A stretch of 64,000 nucleotides of DNA. Source: Aulosira sp. ZfuVER01 (lineage in GTDB: Bacteria; Cyanobacteriota; Cyanobacteriia; Cyanobacteriales; Nostocaceae). Below the pieces are notes generated by a model. The model worked only from the letters and a program-made list of their open reading frames with translations, searched no databases and was not told the DNA's origin. Where the stretch lies: assembly GCA_034530615.2 (NCBI GenBank), contig JAVRCV020000015.1, positions 160,001-224,000 on the forward strand. Direction: 5' to 3'. Positions 1 to 10,378 of the stretch are shown here, piece after piece. Positions within the stretch are counted from its first letter, which is position 1. The number at the start of each line of letters is the position of its first letter. A program made the translations under genes and the position numbers.

Positions 1-4
1 TTGT

Positions 5-577
5 TTGCTCGGAAATCATGAGCAGATGTTATTAAATGTATTGACCAATGGCAGCGCTGGCACTTCAGCGATGCAAACATGGTTATATGGTGGCGGACAA
101 GCAACCATAGCCAGTTACCAAGAAGCGACAATTCCCCAAGAACATATCGATTGGTTTTCAACGCTACCACCATATCTCGATTTAGGGGATGTTTGGTTAA
201 CCCATGCTGGTGTTGACCCTTGTATTCCGTTGAATAAACAAACTACCGAGCAATTTTGCTGGATTAGAGAAGAATTTCACGGCATTGAGAAACCTTTCTT
301 CCCTGATAAGTTAATTATTGTTGGTCACACAATCACCTTTACCCTACCTGGCGTTACTCCTGGTCAGCTAGCACAAGGAAAGGGCTGGCTAGACATTGAT
401 ACGGGAGCATATCATCCCCGTAGTGGCTGGTTAACTGCACTGGATGTCACAAATAACCTGGTTCATCAAGTCAACGTTTTTAAGAAGCGCGTCCGCAGCT
501 TACCTTTAGAAGAAGCAACTGTCTTCATCGATCCAGCCGAAATCAAGGGTGCTCGCCGCAATCAGCAGCGAGCATAG
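5..577 (+). CDS. Metallophosphoesterase (PPP-type Ser/Thr phosphatase family), 5'-truncated by window edge
   Basis: GNHE, HAG, GHT and IDTGA motifs of calcineurin-like phosphoesterases; N-terminal motifs lie outside the window. Confidence 0.85.
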   Translation: MLGNHEQMLLNVLTNGSAGTSAMQTWLYGGGQATIASYQEATIPQEHIDWFSTLPPYLDLGDVWLTHAGVDPCIPLNKQTTEQFCWIREEFHGIEKPFFPDKLIIVGHTITFTLPGVTPGQLAQGKGWLDIDTGAYHPRSGWLTALDVTNNLVHQVNVFKKRVRSLPLEEATVFIDPAEIKGARRNQQRA

Positions 578-628
578 TTACAGATAGAGTAATAGGGAGA
601 CTTTTGAGTCTGTACAACGTTCTTGAAA

Positions 629-1480
629 TTAAAGTAACGCTCGGATATTAGCCTTATAAGCGGCATTATCCAATCCATAACGCCCATTGCTAGGTTGTTT
701 ACTAATCATGCTTTTGAGATTATTAATGCGATCGCTAGTTGCAGGGTGAGTACTCAAAAATGTTGGAGGGGAACCCTTTCCTAGCAACTTTTGCATAAAA
801 GAAACCATCCCAGATTGGGCATAACCACTACGAGCCAAAGTTCTTAACCCTCTTTTATCGGCATCAAATTCATCTTGACGACTGCGGGGACGATTGAGTG
901 CTAGTTCTACACCAATACCTACTGCTGCGTTACGATCTAAACCTGCTGCTGTGGCTACACCACTAGCAAGCGCTCTTTGTCGCATCTGTTTTACTAAATG
1001 TTTCCCGCCTACGTGACCAATTTCATGGGCAAGTACACTTGCTAGTTCCGCTTCATTGTCTGCGGCTTTGAGTAAACCTGTGTTGACATAAACGTAGCCT
1101 CCCGCAGTGGCAAAAGCATTAAGAGCCGGATCTTCAACTACTTGGAAAGTATAAGGGAGTGATGGGCGATCGCTATTAGCTGCCAAGCGCTGACCCACTT
1201 GTTCTACATAGCGATTAATCTCAGGATTGCGGTAAAGTCGAACTTCACTACTCAATTCCTGATTCATCTGCTTACCAAGCTCAACTTCTTGGCGATCGGA
1301 TATATTAGAAAGCTGAAGTATCTGGGCACCTTGGAACAGAAGCGGTAATAAGTCTATGGCCTTTCCGGGAAGAGGTGCGCTTAAGCACACACTCAGGGCG
1401 ACTACCAGCGAAATAAACGGATAAAACCAGCGACGCCGCCGAACATGGAAATTTGTCAAAAAAGCATTCCAAACATTCAT
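629..1480 (-). CDS. M48 family zinc metallopeptidase
   Basis: NAFATAGG, HEIGH zinc motif, E..AD and FLSTHP motifs; N-terminal signal/TM; ATG at 1480 chosen over TTG at 1504. Confidence 0.88.
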   Translation of the reverse strand: MNVWNAFLTNFHVRRRRWFYPFISLVVALSVCLSAPLPGKAIDLLPLLFQGAQILQLSNISDRQEVELGKQMNQELSSEVRLYRNPEINRYVEQVGQRLAANSDRPSLPYTFQVVEDPALNAFATAGGYVYVNTGLLKAADNEAELASVLAHEIGHVGGKHLVKQMRQRALASGVATAAGLDRNAAVGIGVELALNRPRSRQDEFDADKRGLRTLARSGYAQSGMVSFMQKLLGKGSPPTFLSTHPATSDRINNLKSMISKQPSNGRYGLDNAAYKANIRALL

Positions 1481-1863
1481 AATCCGGTTCTTATAGATAA
1501 TCAAGGAAGAACATAAATTACGGGACGAATTTAGGACTGTCTATGTTGCATTATCTACTCAAAACGGAAAATACTTAGAGGAATGGTAGCCTTTCGTCAA
1601 AGCTCGCTATCTACAACCCCAATGGATTTTCATCATCAAAACCCTTTACCCATCTTAAAAAAATCCCAGCCAGACTGTTTTTGAGATTCCACTTTGCTAA
1701 AGTTGGCTGCCTCGTCCCGTAATTTTAGAAGTCGTGATAAACTGTCGCATGATTGCAATCCCCAGCCGCTTTCAGTGCTTACCATATAGGGAACATTGCC
1801 ATTACCCTAGTCAAGCCCGCTGCTACAATCGATTACTCCGCTCATATCTGGGAAAACTTATTT

Positions 1864-2397
1864 ATGGCTCTTTTAGATTCCAAAGGCCGCTTGTTCGGTA
1901 AAATCAATCTCCTCGATTTAGGTGCTGTACTAGTAATTGTGCTAGTTATATTCGGCATATTTGTCTTTCCTGGTACTTCCGGTTCTGTGGCCCAAGTGGG
2001 TGCTAAAACAGTACCTATGGAGGTAGACCTAGTAGTTCGTGGTTTAAATGTCCGCGACCCGCAACAATTATTTGATAAAGGATTGAAAGCTAATGGTAAA
2101 ACTAACGTAATTATCCGCAATCAACCCCACGGTGAAATTACTATTAAATCAATTCAACAATTACCAAGAACAGTAAATGTTCCCCAACCTGATGGTTCCA
2201 TTAAAGAGTTACCAGATCCAAAAGCCAACAATTTTAGTACAGATATGCTGTTGACCTTAGAAGGTAAAGCACAAGTCACAGCAAACGGTCCAGTTTTAGG
2301 TAACAGCAAAGTAAAAATTGGGATGCCATTTGAGTTAGAAGGCTTCAACTACAACTTTAATGCCACTGTCATCGATTTAAGATTGAAAGATAAATAA
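1864..2397 (+). CDS. DUF4330-like membrane-anchored cyanobacterial protein
   Basis: MALLDSKGRLFGKINLLD start followed by one TM helix; ATG 1864 more likely than TTG 1753. Confidence 0.75.
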   Translation: MALLDSKGRLFGKINLLDLGAVLVIVLVIFGIFVFPGTSGSVAQVGAKTVPMEVDLVVRGLNVRDPQQLFDKGLKANGKTNVIIRNQPHGEITIKSIQQLPRTVNVPQPDGSIKELPDPKANNFSTDMLLTLEGKAQVTANGPVLGNSKVKIGMPFELEGFNYNFNATVIDLRLKDK

Positions 2398-3000
2398 GTA
2401 GGTTGGTTTTATTAGCAACATCAATCAGCTCGACTTTATCCGCATCAAATAAATTAGTCTTGTCATAACAGCTTGGTGAGGTTTAAAAAGCTAAACTTAC
2501 TGTGTAAGGGTTTTACAGTATGGGTAAACGCTTTTTAGCTAGTTGCCGCAGATATCGTAAATATGGAAAATGGATAAGGTCGAGATCAGTGCTAATTTGA
2601 CTATGGCGATCTAGTAATTTCCGTTGCTGGCAAGCCAGAAACTGTATCAAAGTATCGGAAGTCTAGGAAAAAACTACCGATACAGGGTAGGATAGGACAT
2701 CGACAATTAAAAATGAAAGTGTTAAAACGCCTTTAACAGATGTAATTTGGATAAGCCTCTCCTACCTCACCTCCTAGACTTCGAGGTAAGGAAGAAATGT
2801 AAAAATCAGGGTTTTAAGCTTCTACTTTGATCCTATAGAGGCCCGATCTTATTCATCGCACTAACATGAATGTAGTTTTCACAAGAAAAATATCCAAATT
2901 TTTATTTGGGTAAGTTTTTGGGAAAGCTGCTGGACTGCATTAATTATTTTTTTCTTCTAGTTAGAGAAATTTTGGACTCATTAGACGAAGTAATAGAGCC

Positions 3001-3567
3001 TTGAATAAGCTATTGTTTACAGGTAAGTCTTTTCGCTTTATGGCTTTCGCCCTACCGCTATTAATGTGGTGGGGATACAAAGAAGTGAAAAACCAGATTG
3101 TGCAGCCGCAAGCGGTTTTAGTATTAGGCGGTTCCACAAAAAAATTGGAGCGAGAGAAGTTTACAGCGGATTTTGCTAAAAAGCATCCAAATTTACCTAT
3201 TTGGATTAGTGGCGGTAGTCCACCTAGATCGACTCAAAAGGTGTTTATCAAAGCAGGAATTGATCCCGACCGTTTACACTTGGATTATGAAGCTGTAGAT
3301 ACAGTTACTAATTTTACAACGTTGGTCGATGATTTGCAAGCTCACGGCATCAAGAGTGTGTATTTAATTACCTCTGACTTCCATATGCGTCGTGCTAGTG
3401 TCATTGGTGAGATAGTTCTCGGTAGTCGGGGTATTGAGTTCAAAACCATACCAGTTCCTTCAGAGAAACCACCGGAACCTATTGAAAAATCTCTCCGTGA
3501 TGGTGCTAGAGCTATACTTTGGGTCGCAACTGGCTATACGGGTGCAGAGGAGACTAAGAATAAGTAG
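3001..3567 (+). CDS. YdcF/DUF218 family protein
   Basis: VLGG, SGG, A.DT..N and ITSDFHMRRA motifs; start uncertain. Confidence 0.82.
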   Translation: MNKLLFTGKSFRFMAFALPLLMWWGYKEVKNQIVQPQAVLVLGGSTKKLEREKFTADFAKKHPNLPIWISGGSPPRSTQKVFIKAGIDPDRLHLDYEAVDTVTNFTTLVDDLQAHGIKSVYLITSDFHMRRASVIGEIVLGSRGIEFKTIPVPSEKPPEPIEKSLRDGARAILWVATGYTGAEETKNK

Positions 3568-3595
3568 GGACAAGGGGGACAAGGGAGAAAAGAAA

Positions 3596-3780
3596 TTTTA
3601 GATTTTAGATTTTGCGGAAAGTTGAGCCAGTGCGTTGGGCGGGTTCCCCGACTTGAAGCAACTGGCGTTGCCAGGAGGGTTTCCCTCCGTAGCAAACTTT
3701 CCAAGACGGATTTTAGATTGAATTCCAATCCAAAATCGCAAATCCAAAATCCAAAATTGTTTCCAATGCCCAATGCCCCA
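3596..3780. repeat. STRR heptamer tracts (ATTTTAG / AAAATCC / AATGCCC) containing a nested palindromic dispersed repeat at 3616-3702
   Basis: Tandem heptamers seen directly; removing 3624-3668 restores the GGAAAGTTTGC...GCAAACTTTCC inverted repeat. Confidence 0.8.
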
Positions 3781-3789
3781 TGACCAGAT

Positions 3790-5097
3790 TTAACCTAAAT
3801 CCTGATGAGTAAATGACTTAGCATTTGCGCCTGTGTAGGTAGCTACAATCTGACCATCACCAGTCATTTGATATTTGTAGGTTATCAATCCTTCTAAACC
3901 AACAGGGCCTCTGGGAGGCATTTGTTGGGTACTAATCCCGACTTCTGCACCAAAACCGTAGCGGAAGCCATCTGCAAAGCGGGTAGAACAGTTGTGGTAG
4001 ACTCCGGCTGCATTCACCAATCCGAGGAAAGTTTCAGCAGATGCTAAATCTTCAGTGATGATGGCTTCTGTGTGACGCGAACCATATTCGTTTATGTGAG
4101 CGATCGCTTCTTCTAAAGAGTCTACAATTTTTATTGCCAAAATCAAATCGCTGTATTCTGTTTCCCAATCTGTTGCTGTTGCACTATTAATATGATGCAA
4201 AATCTTGCGAGTGCGTTCATCACCTCTTAATTCCACGTGATGTTCTTGCAAAGCTATAGCAACTTTTGGTAAGAACTCTGGAGCAATACTGGCGTGAACT
4301 AGCAGTGTTTCAATGGCATTACAAGCTGCGGGATATTGAATTTTAGCATCAACGGCAATGCTGACTGCTTTGGCAATATCAGCTGCTCGATCTACATACA
4401 AATGACAAATTCCATCGGCATGTCCAAGTACGGGAATGCGGGTATTTTCTTGCACAAACCGCACAAAAGAATTAGAACCTCTGGGAATAATTAAATCTAC
4501 GTATTTATCTAAATTTAAAAGTTCTAGAGTTTCTTCCCTAGTTGTTAGCAACTGCACTGCATCTGGGTTCACAGCAGTATGGGATAAACCTTGCTTAATT
4601 GCTTTGACAATAGCTTCGCAAGAACGGATAGCTTCTTTGCCACCTTTTAAGATGACACCATTACCTGATTTGATTGCTAAAGAAACAATTTGAATTGCTG
4701 CTTCTGGACGTGCTTCAAAAATAATGCCCAAAACGCCTAAAGGACAAGTAATTCGCTTAAGAATTAAGCCTGTATCGATTTCGCGGTGAATTTGGACTTT
4801 CCCCACTGGATCGGCTAGCTTACCGACATCTCTAACTCCCGCGATCGCATCTCTTAACTTGTGTTCATCCAACTGCAAGCGTTTATAAAGTGGTTTGGCA
4901 ATCCCATCAGCAGTTGCGGCTTCACAATCAGCTATATTTGCTTGCAATATTTCATCTCTTGCCGATTCTAAAGCTTGAGCGATCGCTTCAATGGCTTGAT
5001 TTTTCCCTTCAGCTGAGAGAACCGCCAGCTTACTCGCTGCTTGGCGGGTTCTTTGAGCGATCGCAATCAAAGGAGAGGCAGTTTGCAGAGTAGTCAT
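3790..5097 (-). CDS. proA: Gamma-glutamyl phosphate reductase (glutamate-5-semialdehyde dehydrogenase)
   Basis: [51 protein letters not shown] motifs. Confidence 0.96.
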   Translation of the reverse strand: MTTLQTASPLIAIAQRTRQAASKLAVLSAEGKNQAIEAIAQALESARDEILQANIADCEAATADGIAKPLYKRLQLDEHKLRDAIAGVRDVGKLADPVGKVQIHREIDTGLILKRITCPLGVLGIIFEARPEAAIQIVSLAIKSGNGVILKGGKEAIRSCEAIVKAIKQGLSHTAVNPDAVQLLTTREETLELLNLDKYVDLIIPRGSNSFVRFVQENTRIPVLGHADGICHLYVDRAADIAKAVSIAVDAKIQYPAACNAIETLLVHASIAPEFLPKVAIALQEHHVELRGDERTRKILHHINSATATDWETEYSDLILAIKIVDSLEEAIAHINEYGSRHTEAIITEDLASAETFLGLVNAAGVYHNCSTRFADGFRYGFGAEVGISTQQMPPRGPVGLEGLITYKYQMTGDGQIVATYTGANAKSFTHQDLG

Positions 5098-5139
5098 GTC
5101 ACAAATCTTTGGCTTTTCACCATCCTATCAACCTTAGTT

Positions 5140-5218
5140 AATCATTTGTCATTTGTCATTGGTCATTGGTCATTGGGCATGGGGCATTGGGCATGGGGCA
5201 TGGGGCATTGGGCATGGG
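5140..5218. repeat. STRR heptamer tract (TCATTTG/TCATTGG/GGCATGG/GGCATTG)
   Basis: Tandem heptamers between divergent genes. Confidence 0.85.
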
Positions 5219-5370
5219 ACATTACTCAATTCTCCCTTGTCCCCCTCAGTCTCAATTACTCAACATAATTTATACATGTGTTATTTGAAGTTTTACGAAA
5301 TAGCGATGACGAGTACTGGATCTATTGAGTATTGATCGATCAATTACTACTCCTTTACCAAGGAGATACT

Positions 5371-7368
5371 ATGTCATTGCAATCTGGATTAGATGCCTTT
5401 AACCAAGGACGTTATTCCGAAGCCGTTCAAATACTGGAACAATTCTGTCGGAATGCTGTAGATCGAGATTCCTCAGATTATCTTTCAGCACAGATGTGGC
5501 TGATGAAAGCCTATCAAGGCACAGGAGAAGTCGAAAAAGCGACTATTCTGTGTCAAAAGTTGATGATGAGCGACAATCCCCAAATACGGAGTTGGGCAGA
5601 ACAAGCGCGCCAATCCTTCCCGCAATCAGCAAAAACCGAGTCTAGCGCTATCCAACAAGCTGGGCGTGCGGCGACCGCTGGTGCCAAATTAGCAATGGGC
5701 GGTGTAGGTGGAAGTCTTGTATTAGCTTCTGGTGTCACCATCACCTTGCTGTTTGGGATGGTGTTGGCTTTAGGTTTGAGTTTAGTATTGATTTTGGGTA
5801 GCAACGATCCGCTGCAAGGGTTAGCGATCGCAATTGCTATCACTATAGTTTTTAGTCTTGCTGCCTTTTTCCTGTCGCCCTTCCTGATGGACTTAACCCA
5901 ACGCTGGCTTTACCAAACGCGCTGGGTAGATTTGGCAGAAGTGGAAATTCTCAGTCCAGAGACAGCGAGAGTTATTCAGCAAGTCTGTCAACAAAAAAAC
6001 CTGAAAACTCCTAAACTAGGTATTATTAACGACCAAAACCCCACAGCTTTTACTTACGGCTCATTGCCTAACAGCGCTCGGTTAGTCGTCAGTCAGGGAC
6101 TGTTTACTTATCTAGATGATGATGAAATTGCTACTGTCTACGCTCACGAACTAGGGCACATTGTCCATTGGGACTTTGCGGTGATGACAGCAGCTTCTAC
6201 TCTAGTGCAAATTTGCTACTTAATTTACAGTACAGCCAACAGATTTGGTCGTGGTGGCGGCGATAACAAAATCAAAGATGCTTTGCAGACTGCTGCCTTA
6301 GTTGCCTATATATTCTATATTGTCGGTACTTACTTACTACTCTATCTTTCCCGTACTAGAGAATACTTTGCTGACCACTTTGCTGCGGAAACCACGGGCA
6401 ATCCCAATGGATTATCCCGCGCTTTGGTGAAGATTGCCTACGGGATTTTAGAAGAAGGTCAAAGGACGCAAGAACCCAGCCGTTTAATTGAAGGAACCCG
6501 CGCCTTAGGCATTTACGATCCGAAAGCTGCTGCTTCCACTGGAACCGCCTATCGCATTGCTTCCGATCGGCAAAAAATTGGTCGCGTCTTTTTGTGGGAT
6601 ATGTTTAACCCTTGGGGCTGGTGGATGGAATTAAATTCTACTCACCCACTCACTGGTAAACGAGTCCGCGCCCTTAGCACCTATGCAGAACAGTTGGGTT
6701 TACCAATTGAGTTTGATATGGGGCGAGTCATTAGTGAAGGCAAGAATCTGAATAAGAATAAGCTTTACGGTAATTTCTTTTTAGATGTAGTGCTGTACGG
6801 TGCTGAAACCATCGGCTTCATATTTGGCTTGGTCTTAGGCATTATTCTGTGGTCTAGTTCTGCCCATACTGGTTTGGTATTTGGCGCACCACTAATCGGC
6901 TTAGGCTTAGGAATTTTGGTCAAAGCCTTGGTGATGTTCCCCGACTACAAACAAGCACCGGAAACTGACATTTTAACTTTGATGTCAGACCCTTATGCCA
7001 GTCCGTTGCGGGGACAACCTGCAAAACTCCAAGGACAACTCATTGGTCGTGGTGATGCAGGTAATAAATTAGGTTCCGATTTAAAAATTCAAGACCGTAG
7101 CGGAATGCTTTATTTGCACTACGCCTCACGTTTTGGCCCCATTGGCAACTTGTTGTTTGGGATGAAGCGAGTACAAAGCTTGATAGGGGAACAAGTGGGC
7201 GCTGTAGGTTGGTTCCGTCGTGGTGTTGCTCCTTGGATGGATCTGATCCAACTCCAAAGTGAGAATGGTACGGTTGTCAATAGTTACCACCGCTTCTGGT
7301 CATTTATACTGGGTGGTGGAGCAATTATCTTGGGATTGGCCTTGACGATATTTATGAGCAGCAGTTAG
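5371..7368 (+). CDS. HtpX-like M48 membrane zinc metalloprotease with N-terminal TPR-like helices
   Basis: PTAFTYG, HELGH, SRTREYFAD, STHP motifs; several TM helices; GGAG Shine-Dalgarno before ATG 5371. Confidence 0.88.
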   Translation: MSLQSGLDAFNQGRYSEAVQILEQFCRNAVDRDSSDYLSAQMWLMKAYQGTGEVEKATILCQKLMMSDNPQIRSWAEQARQSFPQSAKTESSAIQQAGRAATAGAKLAMGGVGGSLVLASGVTITLLFGMVLALGLSLVLILGSNDPLQGLAIAIAITIVFSLAAFFLSPFLMDLTQRWLYQTRWVDLAEVEILSPETARVIQQVCQQKNLKTPKLGIINDQNPTAFTYGSLPNSARLVVSQGLFTYLDDDEIATVYAHELGHIVHWDFAVMTAASTLVQICYLIYSTANRFGRGGGDNKIKDALQTAALVAYIFYIVGTYLLLYLSRTREYFADHFAAETTGNPNGLSRALVKIAYGILEEGQRTQEPSRLIEGTRALGIYDPKAAASTGTAYRIASDRQKIGRVFLWDMFNPWGWWMELNSTHPLTGKRVRALSTYAEQLGLPIEFDMGRVISEGKNLNKNKLYGNFFLDVVLYGAETIGFIFGLVLGIILWSSSAHTGLVFGAPLIGLGLGILVKALVMFPDYKQAPETDILTLMSDPYASPLRGQPAKLQGQLIGRGDAGNKLGSDLKIQDRSGMLYLHYASRFGPIGNLLFGMKRVQSLIGEQVGAVGWFRRGVAPWMDLIQLQSENGTVVNSYHRFWSFILGGGAIILGLALTIFMSSS

Positions 7369-7495
7369 CCTGTTCGCAGAGCATTTCTAATTTATCCAAG
7401 CTGTAATTTGCTAGGGGCGGTGAATCACTGCCCCTGTTTTTTTGTAGCAATTCGCCTAGTTGCGATCGCCCCAATTTGGCGTCAAGAATTTAAAA

Positions 7496-10378
7496 CTATA
7501 GCTTAGATGCTAAAAACAGGCTTGTTTGTTCTCTATCCAAAGGACGTGAAAACAAATAACCCTGTGCTTGGTCACATTCCAACAATCTAAGTTGCAGCAA
7601 CTGGTTCATTGTTTCTACTCCTTCAGCAACTACACTCATCCCTAGGTTGTGAGCCAAGGTAACAATGGCTCGAATAATTGCTAATTGCTCACCATCGCGA
7701 TCGATTTGATTGACAAAAGAACGGTCAATTTTCAAAACATCAATGGGAAAATGGTGCAAATAACCTAGGGATGAGTAACCTGTCCCGAAGTCATCAATAC
7801 ACAATTGCATCCCAAAAGCTTTGAGTTTTTTCAGAACAGTAGCAGCTTTTTCGGGGCTGGTGATAATTGCGCTTTCAGTGATTTCTAACTTTAGGCTGCT
7901 GGGATCGAGACCAGTCTCTTGCAGAATTTGGTCGATTTGCTCAACTAGATAGGGTTGGGAAAACTGTTTGCCAGAAAGGTTGACGTTGATCGTCAAGGGC
8001 CTCATTGCCGGAAATTGTAACTGCCACTGCCACAACTGTTGGCAAGACTCACGTAGTACCCATTGACCAATTGTGACGATTAACCCAGTTTCTTCGGCTA
8101 CTGGAATAAACTCATTTGGTGAAATGAGTCCTCGTTCTGGGTGTTGCCAGCGAACTAGGGCTTCAAATCCTGTAATCTCTCCTGTAGCAACAGACACAAT
8201 CGGCTGATAGAAAACTTGCAATTCCTGGCGTTCAATTGCCCAGCGCAAGTCGGTTTCTAACTGCAAAAGTGCCACTGCTCGGTCATACATAGTGGTGTCA
8301 AAGACGATATGCCAAGCTTTACCCTGCTCTTTAGCATGGTAAAGGGCAGTATCAGCATCTCGCAGCAAATCAGCAGGTTGATTATATGCAGTTGTACTTA
8401 AAGCAATGCCAATACTGGCAGTTGTAAATACTTCATATCCTTGTAAGTTGAACGGTAACTTGAGTACTTGATGGATTTGTTCTGCGATTCGGGTGGCATC
8501 ATCGATACTTTTAATATGGGAAAGTAAGATGGTAAACTCATCTCCACCTAAGCGAGCTACAATATCGTCAGGCTGTAGGCAGCTTTGCAGACGTTGGGCA
8601 AATGCCACTAGTAGTCGATCGCCAACCAAATGTCCTAAGCTGTCATTGACAACTTTAAAACGATCTAGATCTACAAACAGGACAGCAAACAGGTCATCTG
8701 GGTTGCTCTTTACTCTTTCTATCGCTTGTCCTAGCTTGTCCATAAATAAAACTCGGTTGGGCAATCCAGTGAGAGCATCGTAGAACGCATGGCGGACTAA
8801 TTTTTCCTCCATCTGTTTGCGTTCGGTAATATCTGTAGCAATTCCCTCGATGCGAACAGGCTGATCATTAGTGTCATAGATCAAATGGCTGCGGTTCAAC
8901 AGCCAGCGTACTTGTCCATCAGGTCTGATAATCCGGTATTCTAGCTCTTGATATCCGGTCACAAGTAACGGTTGAATTGCAGCATGAACTTGTGGTTGAT
9001 CCTCTGGGTGAATCACTTCAAACCAAAGATTCAAGTTATCAAAAAATTCAGATTCGGGACGACCATAAATCTTGAGGACAGCAGGATTGAGATAAAGAGT
9101 TTCAAAAGTATCGGCGGAAATTGACCAGACAACATCTTCCAGCGAACACAAAATTCCATCCAGACGTTGTTTACTTTCCTGTAATTCTGCTTCTGCTCGT
9201 TTGCGTAAGCGAAGCTCGTCGTAGACATCGCTGATATCAGTAATCATCCCCAAGACGCCAGTATAATTCCCCTGCTCATCAAACATTGGGGCACAAGAAA
9301 CGATCGCCCATAAATCTGAGCCGTCCTTACAGCGGAATTTAAAATCGTGTTTCTCGTTAATACCCTGATGACGACGCTCAAGGTAAGTGTTAGCAATCTC
9401 TATTCCTTCTGCATCCATAAAGGAGAATAGCGTTGCACCTTGCATCTCGTCGGCGCTGTAACCCAACATCGTTGCCATTTGTTTGTTGACAAAAGATGTC
9501 TGGTTATTCTCATCAAGTACCCAGATGCCTTCGGTTGCTGTTTCCACAATGCGGCGATACTGTTCTTCTCGCTGCCGTAATGTCTCAAGAGCCTGCAAAT
9601 GCTCAGTAATATCGGTCTGAACGCCAATAAAGTGAGTCAAGGAGCCAAAGGCATCAAACACAGGAGCTACGTAGAGTTCATGCCAAAAGGGAGTTCCATC
9701 TTTACGATAATTGCGTAAAATAACGTGACATTCTCTTTGTTCTTGAATGGCTGTACGCAACTCACTTAAGGCTGTTTGCTCTCGGTCGGTTCCTTGTAAA
9801 AAGCGGCAATTCCGTCCTATGACTTCACTAGCAGAGTAGCCTGTAATCGCTTCAAAAGCTGGATTGACGTAAATGATGGGATTGTCTGGTTGATTCGGGT
9901 CTGTGAGAATAATTCCGTTACTGCTAGAAGCGATCGCCCTTTCCATCAAATGTAAGCGTGTCTCAACCTGAGAAAGTGCGATCGCTGGAGTTTGGCTACT
10001 CATACCTGTAAATATCAACAGCGCCGCCAGCTTACCTTCATAATTAACGACTTTGGCGGAAATTTGGGTGGCAAAAGTATCTCCGTTAAATTTTTTGAGT
10101 TGTACAGCAAAATTTTTAACGGCGTTGGCAAGTTGCAGCTGACTAATCAACTGAGTCCATACAGCAGGGTTAGCGCAAAAGTCGGAGGTGATTTTGTTGA
10201 GGCTATCAGCGGACTCAACTCCAAAAAAAGGCTCTAAAATGTCGTTTTTAAATAAAATTTGGTTGCTTTCCAGACATACAATCGCCACAGGAAATGGGCT
10301 GAGTTCTGCAAATGAGCTGAGTAGTTCTTGGCAATCTAGTTTCGACTGCTTACAAGTCTCTACTTCTGCCAATAACAT
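7496..10378 (-). CDS. PAS/PAC-GGDEF-EAL c-di-GMP signalling protein (one LOV-like PAS)
   Basis: GRNCRFLQG LOV motif, further PAS/PAC domains, intact GGDEF, EALVRW and DDFGTGYSS; start uncertain (ORF extends to 10519). Confidence 0.92.
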   Translation of the reverse strand: MLLAEVETCKQSKLDCQELLSSFAELSPFPVAIVCLESNQILFKNDILEPFFGVESADSLNKITSDFCANPAVWTQLISQLQLANAVKNFAVQLKKFNGDTFATQISAKVVNYEGKLAALLIFTGMSSQTPAIALSQVETRLHLMERAIASSSNGIILTDPNQPDNPIIYVNPAFEAITGYSASEVIGRNCRFLQGTDREQTALSELRTAIQEQRECHVILRNYRKDGTPFWHELYVAPVFDAFGSLTHFIGVQTDITEHLQALETLRQREEQYRRIVETATEGIWVLDENNQTSFVNKQMATMLGYSADEMQGATLFSFMDAEGIEIANTYLERRHQGINEKHDFKFRCKDGSDLWAIVSCAPMFDEQGNYTGVLGMITDISDVYDELRLRKRAEAELQESKQRLDGILCSLEDVVWSISADTFETLYLNPAVLKIYGRPESEFFDNLNLWFEVIHPEDQPQVHAAIQPLLVTGYQELEYRIIRPDGQVRWLLNRSHLIYDTNDQPVRIEGIATDITERKQMEEKLVRHAFYDALTGLPNRVLFMDKLGQAIERVKSNPDDLFAVLFVDLDRFKVVNDSLGHLVGDRLLVAFAQRLQSCLQPDDIVARLGGDEFTILLSHIKSIDDATRIAEQIHQVLKLPFNLQGYEVFTTASIGIALSTTAYNQPADLLRDADTALYHAKEQGKAWHIVFDTTMYDRAVALLQLETDLRWAIERQELQVFYQPIVSVATGEITGFEALVRWQHPERGLISPNEFIPVAEETGLIVTIGQWVLRESCQQLWQWQLQFPAMRPLTINVNLSGKQFSQPYLVEQIDQILQETGLDPSSLKLEITESAIITSPEKAATVLKKLKAFGMQLCIDDFGTGYSSLGYLHHFPIDVLKIDRSFVNQIDRDGEQLAIIRAIVTLAHNLGMSVVAEGVETMNQLLQLRLLECDQAQGYLFSRPLDREQTSLFLASKL
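9203..9231. mobile_element. SDR5-like 21-bp element inserted in a HIP1 site, in frame within the GGDEF-EAL gene
   Basis: GCG(9203-9205)+TAAGCGAAGCTCGTCGTAGAC(9206-9226)+ATCGC(9227-9231); removal restores GCGATCGC. Confidence 0.85.

Noticed and set aside
3534..5335. Short ORFs 3534-3773, 5041-5268 and 5153-5335
   Set aside because: They are translations of STRR heptamers and dispersed repeats (GHWAW, WICDFG patterns).
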